Assembly (NCBI GenBank): GCA_951406725.2
Contig: OX597842.1
Span: 1,860,001-1,924,000 of the forward strand
Origin: Octopus vulgaris
Lineage: Eukaryota
Direction: 5' to 3'
DNA: 64,000 nucleotides
The notes beneath the pieces are model-generated. The model was not told the origin of the DNA. It ran no database searches and saw only the letters and a list, made by a program, of their open reading frames with translations. Each line of letters begins with the position of its first letter. The first letter of the stretch is position 1. Positions 12,985 through 25,775 of the stretch are shown here, piece by piece. Both the position numbers and the translations under genes were made by a program.

Positions 12985-13194
12985 TATCCATATATTTATA
13001 TGTATATATATATATATCGATATACATATGTATATATGTGTAATTATATGTATTGTATATGTAGTGTGTGTGTGTTTGTCAATATATATGGATGTGTATG
13101 TATTTGTATGGATGTATATTTATATATGCATGTATGTGCATGTCACTACATGTATATGTATACAGGCATATGCGTTTGTGTGTGTGTATGTATG

Positions 13195-13253
<59 letters not shown>

Positions 13254-13744
13254 CTATGTATGTGTGTATGTACTTTGGTGCCTGCATGGTCTGTGTGTAC
13301 GTGTGAGTGAGTGAGTGTATATTGCATGTTACAGCAATGTGAAATTTGAAATTAATCTCCAAGAGAAATAAATAAACTCTGCACAGCAGGTGACTAATTT
13401 AGAAGGCTCTAGATGAAGGGTCTCACATGTGACATAGCACAGATTATTGGACTGCCGCCCCCCCCCCCCCCAATCCCCCACCGCCATCATCACTGCTACA
13501 TGTGTGTCTGTGTATTTTGTTTGCATTGGATTGTCTGTAAGTAGGCGTAGGTATGGCTGTGTCATTGAGAAGGAGTTCGTTTCCTAGCCATGCGGGTTTG
13601 GTCGCAATCCTATTCTGTAGAATTTTGAATAATTGTCTTCTTTTGCTGTAGTCCTTGGTTGACGACCACTTTGAGAGTTTTCAATTTGGTAGACGCAAAC
13701 TGAAAGCAACCTATGATGTATATACATGCATGCATACACACACA

Positions 13745-13781
<37 letters not shown>

Positions 13782-13786
<5 letters not shown>

Positions 13787-14056
13787 CTTTATTTAAAAGC
13801 AGCAGAAATTCAACAAAACCTGTTACTCGGAGTTTTACGTTCCCGTTCGTCGGACAGTTTTGTTAAAATAGAACCAATATTCTAATATTCTAATATCGGT
13901 TCTATTTTAACAAAGCTGTCCGACGAACGGGAACGTGAAACTCTGAGTAACAGGTTTTGTTGAATTTCTGCTGCTTTTAAATAAAGCATATTACTCTACC
14001 CCTGGTATTTGAGTACTCTCTTTTCCACCTTGTTTCACATTTATGTGTTTATTCCG

Positions 14057-14058
<2 letters not shown>
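13782..14058 (+). mobile_element. PLE-like fold-back remnant
   Basis: 100-bp inverted arms 13782-13881 / 13892-13991, tail 13992-14058, then (TA)n. Confidence 0.7.
13916..13953 (+). ncRNA. Hammerhead-like motif, U4C core variant (mirror copy at 13820-13857, minus)
   Basis: ctgt-CCGACGA-acg ggaa cgt-GAAA-ctctgag-TA-acag; all three stems pair. Confidence 0.6.
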
Positions 14059-14101
<43 letters not shown>

Positions 14102-14106
14102 TATGT

Positions 14107-14202
<96 letters not shown>

Positions 14203-14205
14203 TAA

Positions 14206-14238
<33 letters not shown>

Positions 14239-14255
14239 TGCATTTATATATATAG

Positions 14256-14413
14256 GTACAGGCATAGCTGTGTGGTAAGAAGCTTACTTTCCAATCACAT
14301 GGTTCCAAGTTAACTGAGTAGCACCTTGTGCAAGTGTCTTCTACTATCGTCTTGGGCCAACCAAAGCCTTGTGAGTGAATCTGGTTGATGGAAACTGAAA
14401 GAAGCCTGTCGTG

Positions 14414-14444
<31 letters not shown>

Positions 14445-14727
14445 CAATGGGCTTCTTTATATATATTTTCATGTGTGTGTCTTTGTACTTGTGTTTGTCT
14501 CACTATCACCTCTTGACAACCGGTGTTGGTGCATTTACGTCCCCGTCTTCCCTTCCTTTGGACTCCCCTCTTTTTCTGAAGAAGAGCTTTGCTCGAAATG
14601 TTGGCAAAAGAGACCAATAAAATAAGTACTAGGCTTACAAAGAATAAGTTCTGGGGTAGATTCGCTTGACTAAAGGCGGCGCTCCAGCATGGCCGCAGTC
14701 AAATGACTGAAACGAGTAAAAGAGTAA
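14256..14727 (+). mobile_element. SINE family A with a short foreign insert (~14548-14600)
   Basis: Collinear with the 46080 copy. Confidence 0.8.
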
Positions 14728-14843
14728 TACTATTATATTATACATTAGATATTGTAGTCCTAGATACATTATGTCTGAACAAAAGATGAGGTGGTCACAA
14801 ATGGAACACCTTTGATCATAGTCAAGCCTGTAGCTGCGCTGTT

Positions 14844-14875
<32 letters not shown>

Positions 14876-15864
14876 TGTGTACAGTGCTCAGGTGCACTAC
14901 AACTCATCTAAAGTGTATATATAATCAGGTGAAGTTTCGGCGGATTTCGGAAAGCATGAGGGCCTTAAAAGATGCAGTTTTCATAGCTGGTGTTTACAAA
15001 GATGCTGCTAATACTAACGGTGGTGTCGGTGGTGGTGATGCTGGCCACGGTGATGGTAATGTTGTCTGTGACAGCGACTGCAGTATCACTGGTGTTGTTG
15101 CTATTATTATTGCTGTTGTTGTTGTTATTGTCACCATATCCTTTCATCGTAAACACCTTTGTAAATAGATTCCTCGTTGAACAAAAGAAGTCAGACACAA
15201 ATATCCTATTTCGGTATTTTTTGCAACTTTTGGGAGAAAGCGTTCTTCGCTTTTTATCTTCTTTCTCGTGTGTTTTATGTTCTCCTTCGCCATTATATTT
15301 GCAGTTCCATTATTAAAGCACACCTAATTAGTAGACCAATTAAAATGTAGCCGTTATAATTGTCTTGCTATTGTTGTTGTTGTTGCTGTGTAGCCCCGAG
15401 TAAGACCTTAATTGGGTAAATTTATTATCAAAATATGTAGGGTGTTTTGAATCTGTGATCGTCCCATCCTTATGGATTTAAAAAAAAAATTATTTTGTTT
15501 TTGTTTTTGAGGAGGGGGCAGGACCCATGGTTGTGGTAGGTGTTTCAGGATCTGTGAGAGTGATGGTGTTTATGTTATGTTTTTAAATTGTTGCAAATCA
15601 GCATCTGCAGAAAAAACATGAGCAAGGAGAAAATTCTAGTGAGATGTGAACCTTGCGAGAAAGGACTGTGCTTAGTGGTCAGTATGGGGTTAGTGTGGTG
15701 AGTTGCATGTAACAAGGGTGACAAATAGTGATAAGATGGGTGTGTTGAGGGTGCCTTTGTGGAGGAGATATGTGGGAATGAGGAAATACAAGACCGTCCA
15801 GCTACTAGAAATAGAGACCATTATATTAGTGATAAAAATTACAGAGAGGAGATACAGTATGGAT

Positions 15865-16165
15865 GTGGAGGCACATGGCCTAGTGGTTAGAGCAGCAGAC
15901 TCATGGTCAAGGGATCACGGGTTCGAATCTCAGACCGGGTGATGTGTTGTGTTTATGAGTGAAACACCTAAGCTCCATCCAGCTCCGGCAGAAGGCAATG
16001 GTGAACTTCTGCTGACTCTTTCGCCACAACTTTCTCTCACTCTTTCCTCCTGCATCTTGCAGCTCACCTGCGATGAACCGGCGTCCAGTCCAGGTGGAGA
16101 ACCTATATGCCAAGGAAACCAGGAAACTGGCCCTTATAAGCCAGGGGTGGCTTGTGAAGGAGCAA
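15865..16165 (+). mobile_element. SINE family B variant
   Basis: tggcctagtggttagagc A box, ggttcgaatctc B box, tail related to type 2. Confidence 0.75.
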
Positions 16166-16539
16166 ACATCTGTTCCTTCTGAAGGATGAAAGGAACAGTA
16201 TGGCTGGAGTGTGTCTGGGAGTAGTTTAATGCCATGAGGAACAGAAGCCATTATAGTAATGATAGAAAAGATACAGGGAGGAGACAGTATGGCTATGGGT
16301 CAGAGGCTGGAGTGTGTCTGTGAGTGGTTTAATGCCAAGAGGAAGAGATGCTGTTATAGTAGTGATAGACATGACAGTGAGAAGGGGCAGTGTGCCAGTG
16401 GGCCAGAGATGGAAGTGTAAAACCCTGTATCTCTTATACAGCAGGAAACCTGTTCCTGTCCATTCTATCATACTTTAATCTCTCAACATTTAGCATAAAT
16501 CCACCTCTCTCTTCTATAATCCTCCTCGGTTGAGCAGGG

Positions 16540-17580
16540 AAGACATGTGGATCAGTGGTTAAGGTATTCGCCTCATGGTTAGAAAGTCGTTAGTTCAATT
16601 CCTTGAGGAAGACACTATATTTCATGTCACTCCATTTCACTCACCTGGCAAAAATGTTACATTATGTGTCATGCTGAATCCCTTTGATAACTTACTACGT
16701 TAAAGGTATACATCGTGTCTGTGGAGTTCTCAGCCACTTGCACGTTAATTTCATAATCAGTTTGTTCCATAGATTGCATTGACTCGAACACTCATCATGT
16801 AACTGATGGAGGGCCAGTGTTCTTGAGCAGGGCCCTTTACTTCATCTTGCTCCATTCCACTCAAGGGCCAGCCTTGTCACATTCTGCCATTCTGAATTTC
16901 CCTGAGAACTACATTAAGGGTATGCATGTCTGTGGAGTTCTCAGCCACTTGCACATTAATTTCATGATCACGCTGTTCTGTTAATCAGATCAGCTGTAAC
17001 CCTTGTGGTTGTTACTAATGGCATGTCAGTGTCCTTGAGCATGACACTTCACTCCACATTGCTCCAGTCCACTAAGCTGGCAAAAATTAGTTGTACCTGT
17101 AATTCAAAGGGGCCAGCCTTGTAACACTCTGCCATGCTGAATCTCCCTGAGAACTACATTAAGGGTGCATGTGTCTGTGGAATACTCAGCCACCTGCATG
17201 TTAATTTTACGAGCAGGCTGTTCTGTTGATTGGATCACCTGGAACCCTCATTAGTGGAAGCAGGTGACTCAGTCACCAGGGTGTCACACTTATGATCATA
17301 AGATTGCAGTTTCAATTCCTGAAGCAGGGGATGCATTGTGGCCTTGAGCAAGACACTCTACTTCACATTGTTCCAGTCCACTCAGATGGCAAAAATGAGT
17401 TGTACCTGTCATTCAAGAGGGCCAGCCTTGTCACATTCTGTGTCACACTGAATTTCTCTCAGGACTATGTTAAGGGTATATCTGTCTGTGGAGCACTCAG
17501 CCACTTACACATTAATTTTACAAGCAGGCTGTTCGATTGATCAGCTCAACTGGAACCCTCTTCATTGTAACTGAGTGCTA
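16540..17580 (+). mobile_element. Four degenerate tandem copies of an E-core SINE with a different tail
   Basis: Repeated ctgaatctccctgagaactacattaaggg..tctgtggag..ctcagccacttgca. Confidence 0.7.
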
Positions 17581-19102
17581 GCTTTTCAGTTGAAGGGGCC
17601 ACTTTGTCTTGTAAATTATGTCATAAGGGGACCTCACTAGTTCTGGTGACACAATAAAAAGAGCACTCAATACATGCAGTAAAGTATTTGGCATTCAAAA
17701 AGGCATTCAGACACAGAAACCATGCCAAAGTAGACATAGGTACATGATGCAGTCCTTCAACTCATCAAACCAAACCAACCCATCCATGCCAGCATGGAAG
17801 ATAAACAAGCGTTTTATGATGATGATGTTGATGGTGGTGATGGTGATGTGGGGGTGGGTGATGGTGATGATGATGCTAATAGTGACTTGTAGTGGTGGTC
17901 ATGGTGGGGATGATGATGTTATTGGTGGTGGTTGTGGTGTGATGGAAGGATCCTGCTGATGTTGTTGATGATGGGGAGGAGGTGATGACAATGCTAGTAA
18001 TGGCTAGGGTTGTGGTGATGATTGTGTTGGTGGTGGCAGTGTTGGCAGTTGTATTGGTGGTGATGATGATGATGATGGTAGCAGTCATGGTGATAATGAC
18101 AATGACGATGATGATGGTGACAATGATGATGATGGTGACGATGACAATGATGACGATGATGATGATGGTGACGATGGTGACGATGATGACGATGGTGACG
18201 ATGATGATGATGATGTGGTTTAAACATGATGCGGTGATGCCTTTTGGGATGTGATACAGTCACTTGGAAGACCACAATATTTAACTGTCCCTTGGAAGGA
18301 ATAAAGATTAAACTGACCTGAGCAGGATTTGAACCAGATGATGCCAAAGGAAAGTAATGAAATACCATAGCAGATGTAGCCTGTTGCTCTGCTGAGTCTG
18401 TCTGTTCGTCACAGTTTTGGTATTGTCTGGGAGGGTTAGGGTTATTATAGGACGTGCTATGAATGTAACTACTTTGTGTGTGTTAGTGTGTGTTGGTGTT
18501 TGTGTATGTTGGTGTGTGTGTGTCAGTGTGTTTGTGTGTGTTGGTGTGTTTGTGTTAGTGTGTGTTGGTGTGTGTGTCTTGATGTTTTTGTGTGGTAGTG
18601 TGTGTGTGGTGTGTGGTAGTATGTGTGTTAGCGTGTTGGTGTTTCTGTGTGTGTGTTGGTGTGTGTGTGTGTGTGCTAGCGTGTTGGTGTGTGTGTTAGT
18701 GTGTTAGTGTTTGTGTGTGTGTCTTGGTGTGTGTGTGTGTGTGTGTGTGTGTGTTAGTGTGCTGGTGTTTGTGTGTTGGTGTCTGTGTCTTGGTGTTTTT
18801 GTGTGGTAGTGTGTGTCTTGGTGTTTTTTGTGTGTGGTAGTGTTTGTGTGTGTGTGTGTGTATGTGTGTGTAGGAAAATAGATACAGAAAGAGATGTAGA
18901 GTTGCTGAGATTGTCATACATCTGTTAGCAGAGAGGGGGGGGAGAAGGCTAAGAAAGAGGAGAGAAGAAAGAAATAGGCAGAGAAAGAGAGACAGAGAGA
19001 GACTAAGAGATAAATATTTGATAGAAAAGGGGGAAAAAAAGGGAGAGAGAGCAGAATGGAAAGACAGATAGGAAGAACTGGACAGACTGTAAGTATAGAG
19101 AC

Positions 19103-19148
<46 letters not shown>

Positions 19149-19341
19149 GTGAGAGTGAGTGAGAGTGGGAGAGAGAGAAACTGAGAGACAAGAAGACACA
19201 CAAGCATCTACATAGATACATAGGTTGACAGAAAGAGTGTGTGAGAAAGAGGGGGGAGAGATATAGAGAAATGGCAGATGTATAAATAGATAGAGATATA
19301 GATGAATATATAGACCGGCAGAGAGAAAGAGCCCATGAGAA

Positions 19342-19400
<59 letters not shown>

Positions 19401-19435
19401 CCATTGAACCAAAGTAGATATTTAAGTATAACTAC

Positions 19436-19731
19436 CTGAATTTGTCATCAAAGAACTGGCAGGAACAGCTCAATTTTAGAATGCCTTCCTTGGGAAATCG
19501 CTTTATCTTTAACCGAATTTGCTGCCAAACTTTAATCTCTGTCCGTTTCCTGATTGAATGATGGTGATTTTTAGTTGTACAGTTGCGTATTTCTTGGATG
19601 TGATCTACGGAACAGATAAATCTCTCTGGATAAAAGCAGTCCATTGTATTTTGAATTAAGGACCGCATGAGTCAGGGAGACAGATCTGGAATGTGATCGT
19701 TTGGCTTGTTGAATGTATCTGTGAAATCTAC
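19436..19731 (-). CDS. Candidate exon of an antisense gene; ATG at 19668 opens MRSLIQNTMDCFYPERFICSVDHIQEIRNC...LSCSCQFFDDKF up to the donor
   Basis: Unique sequence with a strong acceptor (tttttctttattttcattctttgacttttcag) and donor CAG|gtagtt. The 77-codon frame stays open to the donor (phase 2). No recognisable domain. Confidence 0.45.
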
Positions 19732-20399
19732 CTGAAAAGTCAAAGAATGAAAATAAAGAAAAAGTACCCTGTACTGTCTTTAAAAATAGGGACCACATTA
19801 ATCATGGGATAGTTTGTAAGCAGAATATATAATATGTCTAATGTATTATAACATTGAGTGGGGTCTGTGTTGTGTAGGGTATGATGTGTCAGTCTGGGAT
19901 GTAGCTTGTGTATATATGCCTGTCTATTATCCATCCAACCATCCATCCATCTATGCATACATACATTTAGAAAATATCCTTCCCCCACTAACAATCAATG
20001 AAAACTTGTTATGATAGCATGAAATTGTAGTATTATCACTAACTGCTTAGTCATGATTAGCACAAGCGAAACTGGTTGACTATGTAAATATTTTATTTCA
20101 TAAAACAATATACATATTTTGTTCAGAATAAAATTTCTGTAAATTTTCCTTCTTTCATATTTTTCACTACAATTCACCCGATGGAAAAAATGTTTCTAGT
20201 AAACCTTTTCACTATCTACATGCATCAACATCATCATCATTGTCACTTAGTGTCTGCTTTCCATGCTGGCCTGGCATGGGTTAGATGGTCTGACTGAAAT
20301 TGGTAAGCCACACACCAACACACTAACACACACACTACCACACAAAAACACCAAGAACTCTATCCTGCAGCCAACAGATACGTTTGTCCAATCCTAGGT

Positions 20400-20585
20400 A
20401 AAAATCAAAATCATCAATGTCCCCATTGTGGCTTCAGAGCAAAATCCATTCCTGGACTGAAATCACATCCATCGCAAATAGATGCAGCTTCTACATGTTT
20501 TTCTTTCTTTCTATTACTCTTGTTGACTTTAAAGTCCTCTCCTCCAAACAATCATACGTTGGAACTGAGACGAGTGTCCATCATC
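20400..20585 (+). pseudogene. RTE-type LINE 3' end with C2H2-like motif
   Basis: HQCPHCGFRAKSIPGLKSH followed by a short 3' UTR ending in catcatc. Confidence 0.5.
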
Positions 20586-20588
20586 GTT

Positions 20589-21427
20589 AAGGCAGGGAGC
20601 TGCAGAATCGTTAGCACATTGGGTGAAATGCCTAGTGGTATTTCGTCTGTCGTTATGTTCTGAGTTCAAATTTCACTGAGGTCGACGTCTTTGCCTTTCA
20701 TCCTTTCAGGGTTGATAAATTAAGTACCAGTTGCATACTGAGGTCGATCTAATCAACTGGCCCCCTCCCCAACAATTTCGGGCCTTGTGTCTAGAATAGA
20801 AAAGAATCGTTAGCACGCCTAATAACATTTCGTCTGTCTTTACATTCTTATGTCTTTATTGCCCACAAGGGGCTAAACACAGAGGGGACAAACAAGGACA
20901 GACAAAGAGATTAAGTCGATTACATCGACCCCAGTGTGTAACTGGTACTTAATTTATCGACCCTGAAAGGATGAAAGGCAAAGTCAACCTTGGCGGAATT
21001 TGAACTCAGAATGTAACAGCAGACGAAATAAGGCTACGCATTTCGTCCGGCATGCTAACGATTCTGCCAGCTTGCTGCCTGTCTTTACATTCTGAGTTCA
21101 AATTCCACCAAGGTCGACTTTGCCTTTCATCCTTTCAGGGTTGATAAATTAAGTACCAGTTGCATACTGGAGTCTACCTAATCAACTGGCCCCTTCCCCA
21201 ACAATTTCAGGCCTTGTGCCTAGAGTAGAAAAGAATCGCTAGTACACCCGGCAAAATACCTAATAACATTTTGCCTGTCTTTACATTCTGAGTTCAAATT
21301 CTGCCGAGGTCAGCTTTACCTTCTATCCTTCTGGAGTCGATAAAATAAATACTTATTGAACACTGGGGTTGATGTAATTGATTTTTCTTCTCCCTGATCT
21401 TACTGGCCTTGTGCCAAAATTTGAAAC

Positions 21428-21473
<46 letters not shown>

Positions 21474-21612
21474 GTTGTTATTCTGCCGAGGTTGACTTTG
21501 CTTCTCGTCCTTTCAAGGTCGATAAAATAAGTACCAGTTAAACACTGGGGTCAATGTAATCGACTCATGCCCTTCCCTAAAATTGCTACCCTTGTGGCAA
21601 AATTTGAAACCA
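20589..21612. mobile_element. Cluster of SINE family C copies (plus, minus at 20849-21080, plus)
   Basis: Repeated gagttcaaattc..gaggtcgactttgcctttcatcctt..gataaattaagtaccag. Confidence 0.8.
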
Positions 21613-22069
21613 TTGTTGTTGTTGTCGTAGTGGTGGCCATTGTTTTTATGGTTGTTGTTATTAATGTTGTTGAATTTATTGTGTCATGTTGCTGTTCTTC
21701 TTGTTGTTATTGCTGTTGTTTAATGTTGTTGTTGCTGCTGTTGTTGTTGTCAGTATTGTTGTTGAGTCCTGTTACTATTATTATTTTTATTATTGTTTCA
21801 ACACTCTTTCTCTCTCTCTCTCTCTTTCTGTCTGTCTGTCTGTCTCATCATCGTCAGTATAACTTGTTATTGTTGTTGTTGTTCACGCCCATGTTGTTGT
21901 GGCATTTGTTATTATTGACTCTGTTATTATTATTATCATTGTTGTTGTTGTAGTTAATGGTGCTGCCACCTATTATTCTATCCAGAAAAGGAAGCTAGGT
22001 GTCATCAATGTTGTTTCATCTACTCTAAGGGAAGAATTGGGGCACCTAAATATAAACATGACTCAGCAG

Positions 22070-22895
22070 TTTGCCCCCACTCTCTCTCTCTCTCTCATTC
22101 TCTTACTCTCTCTGTCTTTCTATCTCTTTCGATCTCTCTGTCCGTTTCCTTGTCCCCCCTCTCTCTCCCTTTACTCTTTCTCATTTTCTTTCTCTCTATC
22201 CCTCTCTCTCTCTTCTCTTTACTCTTTCTGTCTTTCTATTGGTCTCTGTCCATTTCCTTGTCTCCACTCTCTTCCCCCTCATTGCCATCTCTCCAATCTC
22301 CCTCTCGTTCATTACCTCTCCCTATTCTCTCCCTCTCTTCATTACTTTTCTCTCCCCTATCTCTCCTTCACTCCTCTCTCTCCTTCACTCCCCTCTCTCT
22401 TCACTCCCCTCTCTCCTTCACTCCTCTCTCTCATTTACTCCTCTCTCTCCTTCACTCCTCTCTCTCATTTACTCCTCTCCTTTCTCTCCTATAATGCTTC
22501 TCTCTTCTTTATTTTCTTATTTCTCTCTCTCATTATCCATCTTCTGTCTCTCCTTACTCTCTCTCTCTCTCTCTGCCTTTATATCCATTTCTTCTTTCCG
22601 TTTTCTTATTTCTCACCAATGTCTCTCTCATACAATCTCTCCCTTGTTTCCCTCTCTCATCATCTCTCCTTTTTCTCTCTCCATTTTTGCCTCTCTTCCT
22701 CATTGTCTCTCTTTTTCTCTCTTTTATCTATCTCTCTTTCCATTTCCTTCTCTTGCTGTATTCCTCTCTATCTCTCACTTTCTTTCCTTATAACTCTCTC
22801 TATTGTCTTAATTTCTCCCTGTAACTCTCTCTTTCTCTTTGACACTTTCTGTTTCCCTATCTACCTACTTAAATAAGTTTCTATCTATCTACCAT

Positions 22896-22930
<35 letters not shown>

Positions 22931-23578
22931 TGTCTGACTGTCTTTCTGTCTGTCTATCTATCTATCTTGTCTGTCTGTCTTTCTGTCTGTCTATCTATCT
23001 GTCTATTTATCCATCCATCCATCCATCCATGTATCTATCTTTCTACTTGTCTTCCTTCCTTACTTCTTCTTCTTCTTTCAATTCTTCTTCTTCTTCCTAA
23101 TTCTTCTTCTTCTTCTTCTTCTTCTTCTTCTTCTTCTTCTTCTTCTTCTTCTTCTTTTCCTAATTCTTCTTCTTTTAATTCTTCTTCTTCTTTTTTTCCT
23201 AATTCTTCTTCTTCTTCTTCTTTTTCTTTCTTCTTCTTCTTCTTCTTCTTTTCTTCTTCTTCTAATTCTTCTTCTTTTCAATTCTTCTTCTTCTTCTTCT
23301 TCTTCTTCTTCTTCTTCTTCTTCTTCTTCTTCTTCTTCTTTTTCTTCTTCTTCTTTTCCTAATTCTTCTTCTTTCAATTCTTCTTCTTCTTCTTCTTCTT
23401 CTTTTTCTTTTCCTAATTCTTCTTTCAATTCTTCTTCTTCTTTCAATTCTTCTTCTTCTTCTTCTTCTTCTTCTTCTTCTTCTTCCTTCTTTCCTTCCTT
23501 TTTTCCTTCCTTCCTTCCTTCTTTCCTTCCTTCCTTCTTGCTCTTCTTCTTCTTCTTCTTCTTCTTCTTCTTTCATTC

Positions 23579-23612
<34 letters not shown>

Positions 23613-24760
23613 CCATTCATCCATTTGCCTATCCATGTCTGTCGGCCTGTCCGTCTACCAGTCTGTCTGTGCGTCTGTCAATGTTGCATTATCTCCACAT
23701 AAATGCAGACGTGGCAAATAGGAAATTTGGAAATAACCCCACCCCTCTCTGCCTCTCCCCCATCCACCTCCCGTGCCCCGTCTTAATATGCATCAGCCCA
23801 AGCAACTGCACTATTATGAAACACCCACTCCAATCATTCAACTACCAACACAACTACAACCATGATAACTAGTGACCACCACCACCAGTACCACCACCTT
23901 CACCATAACACTGCCACCAGCTCAACTACTACCATTGCCACAACTAACATCATCACCCTCATCACCATCACCACTACCTCCATCTCCACAATACCACTGT
24001 TGCCAACACCACCACAACCACCATCATCACCACCACCACCATTTCCACAACATCGCCATTGCCAATACCACCATTTCCACCACCACCACAACCATCATCA
24101 TCATTTTCATAACCACCACCACCACCACTACAACTACTATCATATCCTTCTTAACCATTGCACCATCACAAATGGCACCACAATCACTATCACCACCACA
24201 ACCACCATCATCATCACCACCACCACCATCACATTCACCACCACCACCATCGCCATTGCCAACACCACCACTACCACAACCACCATCATCACTTTCATAA
24301 CCACCACCACCACTACAACTACTATCATATCCTTCAAAACCATCCCCAATGCCACCACAACCACCATACCATCACTGTCACCAATCTTAACCACCACTAC
24401 CACCACTACCATCACCACTGTCATCTCAGCCACTACACCCAAAGTCTTGTCCGCTCATTGTTTCTGCTACCATTCAGAAGAATAGCAACAACAACATTTA
24501 TAATTATTACAACAACAAAAGCAGCAACGATGATAAATATAACAATGTTAACTCCGGTTATGCCTGCAACAACATTAAGCAATAACAACTGCAACCACAC
24601 CTGTAAACATCAACAACAACAACAGCAGTAATGGCAACGATGTCACCACCACCACCACCACCAACAACAACAACAAAGTTTTGGAAACAATGACACATCC
24701 ACTACCACCAATGACAACAAGAGCAAATGCTGTGTCGAATTCAGTAGCAACAACATCAAA
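22070..24760. repeat. (CT)n, (CTT)n and (CAC/CAT)n low-complexity field
   Basis: Direct inspection; similar at 17810-19400, 25887-27480, 48350-50340, 52430-52740, 54700-55910, 62500-62950. Confidence 0.95.
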
Positions 24761-24894
24761 AACAGCATTAGTTGCAACAATTGCGTCTGTTGCATTAACG
24801 AAAAACTGCAGAATCAGTGAAATGCATTGTGCTTGCATTAATGTCAACGTCAATAACAAGAACAGTATGTCTGTAATTGTTGGAAACAAAGGAA

Positions 24895-25775
24895 AAGACC
24901 TCTGCATCGTAGCCAGACTTGGTAGAAATAGCAGCCAAATCTCCCTCAAATCACACCCTACTGTCTTATGTATGTATATATGTATGTATGAGTCAATGAG
25001 GGAGACCTCTACATGGTAGATAGACCTGATAGAAATAGCAGCCAAATCTCCCTCATGTCACACCCTTCGGGAGACCTCTACATGGTAGGTAGACTACCTG
25101 GTAGAAATAGTAGCTAAATCTCCCTTAAATCACACCCTACTATCTTATGTATGTATATATGTATGTAAGAGTCAATGAGGGAGACCTGTACATGGTAGCT
25201 TGACCTGGTAGAAATAGCAGCCAGATCTCCTTCACATCATACCACACTGTCTTATGTAAGTATATATGTATGTATGTGTCAATGAGGGAGACCTGTACAT
25301 TATAGCTTGACCTTTTAGAAGTAGCAGCCAAACTCCCTCAAATCACATCCCACTGTCTTATGTGTGTATATAGTGTGTATGAGCCAGTGAGGGAGATCTC
25401 TACATGGTAGATAGACTTGGTAGAAATAGAAGCCAAATCTCCCTCACATCATACCACACTGTCTTATGTGTGTATATATGTATGTATGAGCCAATGAGGG
25501 AAACTTCTACATGGTAGCTAGACCTTTTAGAAATAGCAGCTAGATCTCCCTCAAATTACATCCCACTATCTTATGTGTTTATATATGTATGTTATGAGCC
25601 AATGAGGGAGACCTGTACGTGGTAGCTTGACCTGGTAGAAAAAGCAGCCAAATCTCCCTCAAATCACACCCTACTCCTTTATGTATGTATGAGCCAATGA
25701 GGGAGACATCTTCACTCTAACTAGAACTTGTAGTAATAGCAGCTAAATCTCCCTCAAATCACACTCTACTGTCTT
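24895..25775 (+). repeat. ~100-110-bp minisatellite, about 9 copies
   Basis: Unit gacctctacatggtag..gacctggtagaaatagcagccaaatctccctcaaatcacaccctactgtcttatg; related dispersed copy at 29085-29235 (minus). Confidence 0.85.

Noticed and set aside
20405-20490. Exon of a C2H2 zinc-finger gene
   Set aside because: Single finger, second His out of frame, no TGEKP linker; fits an RTE LINE C-terminus.
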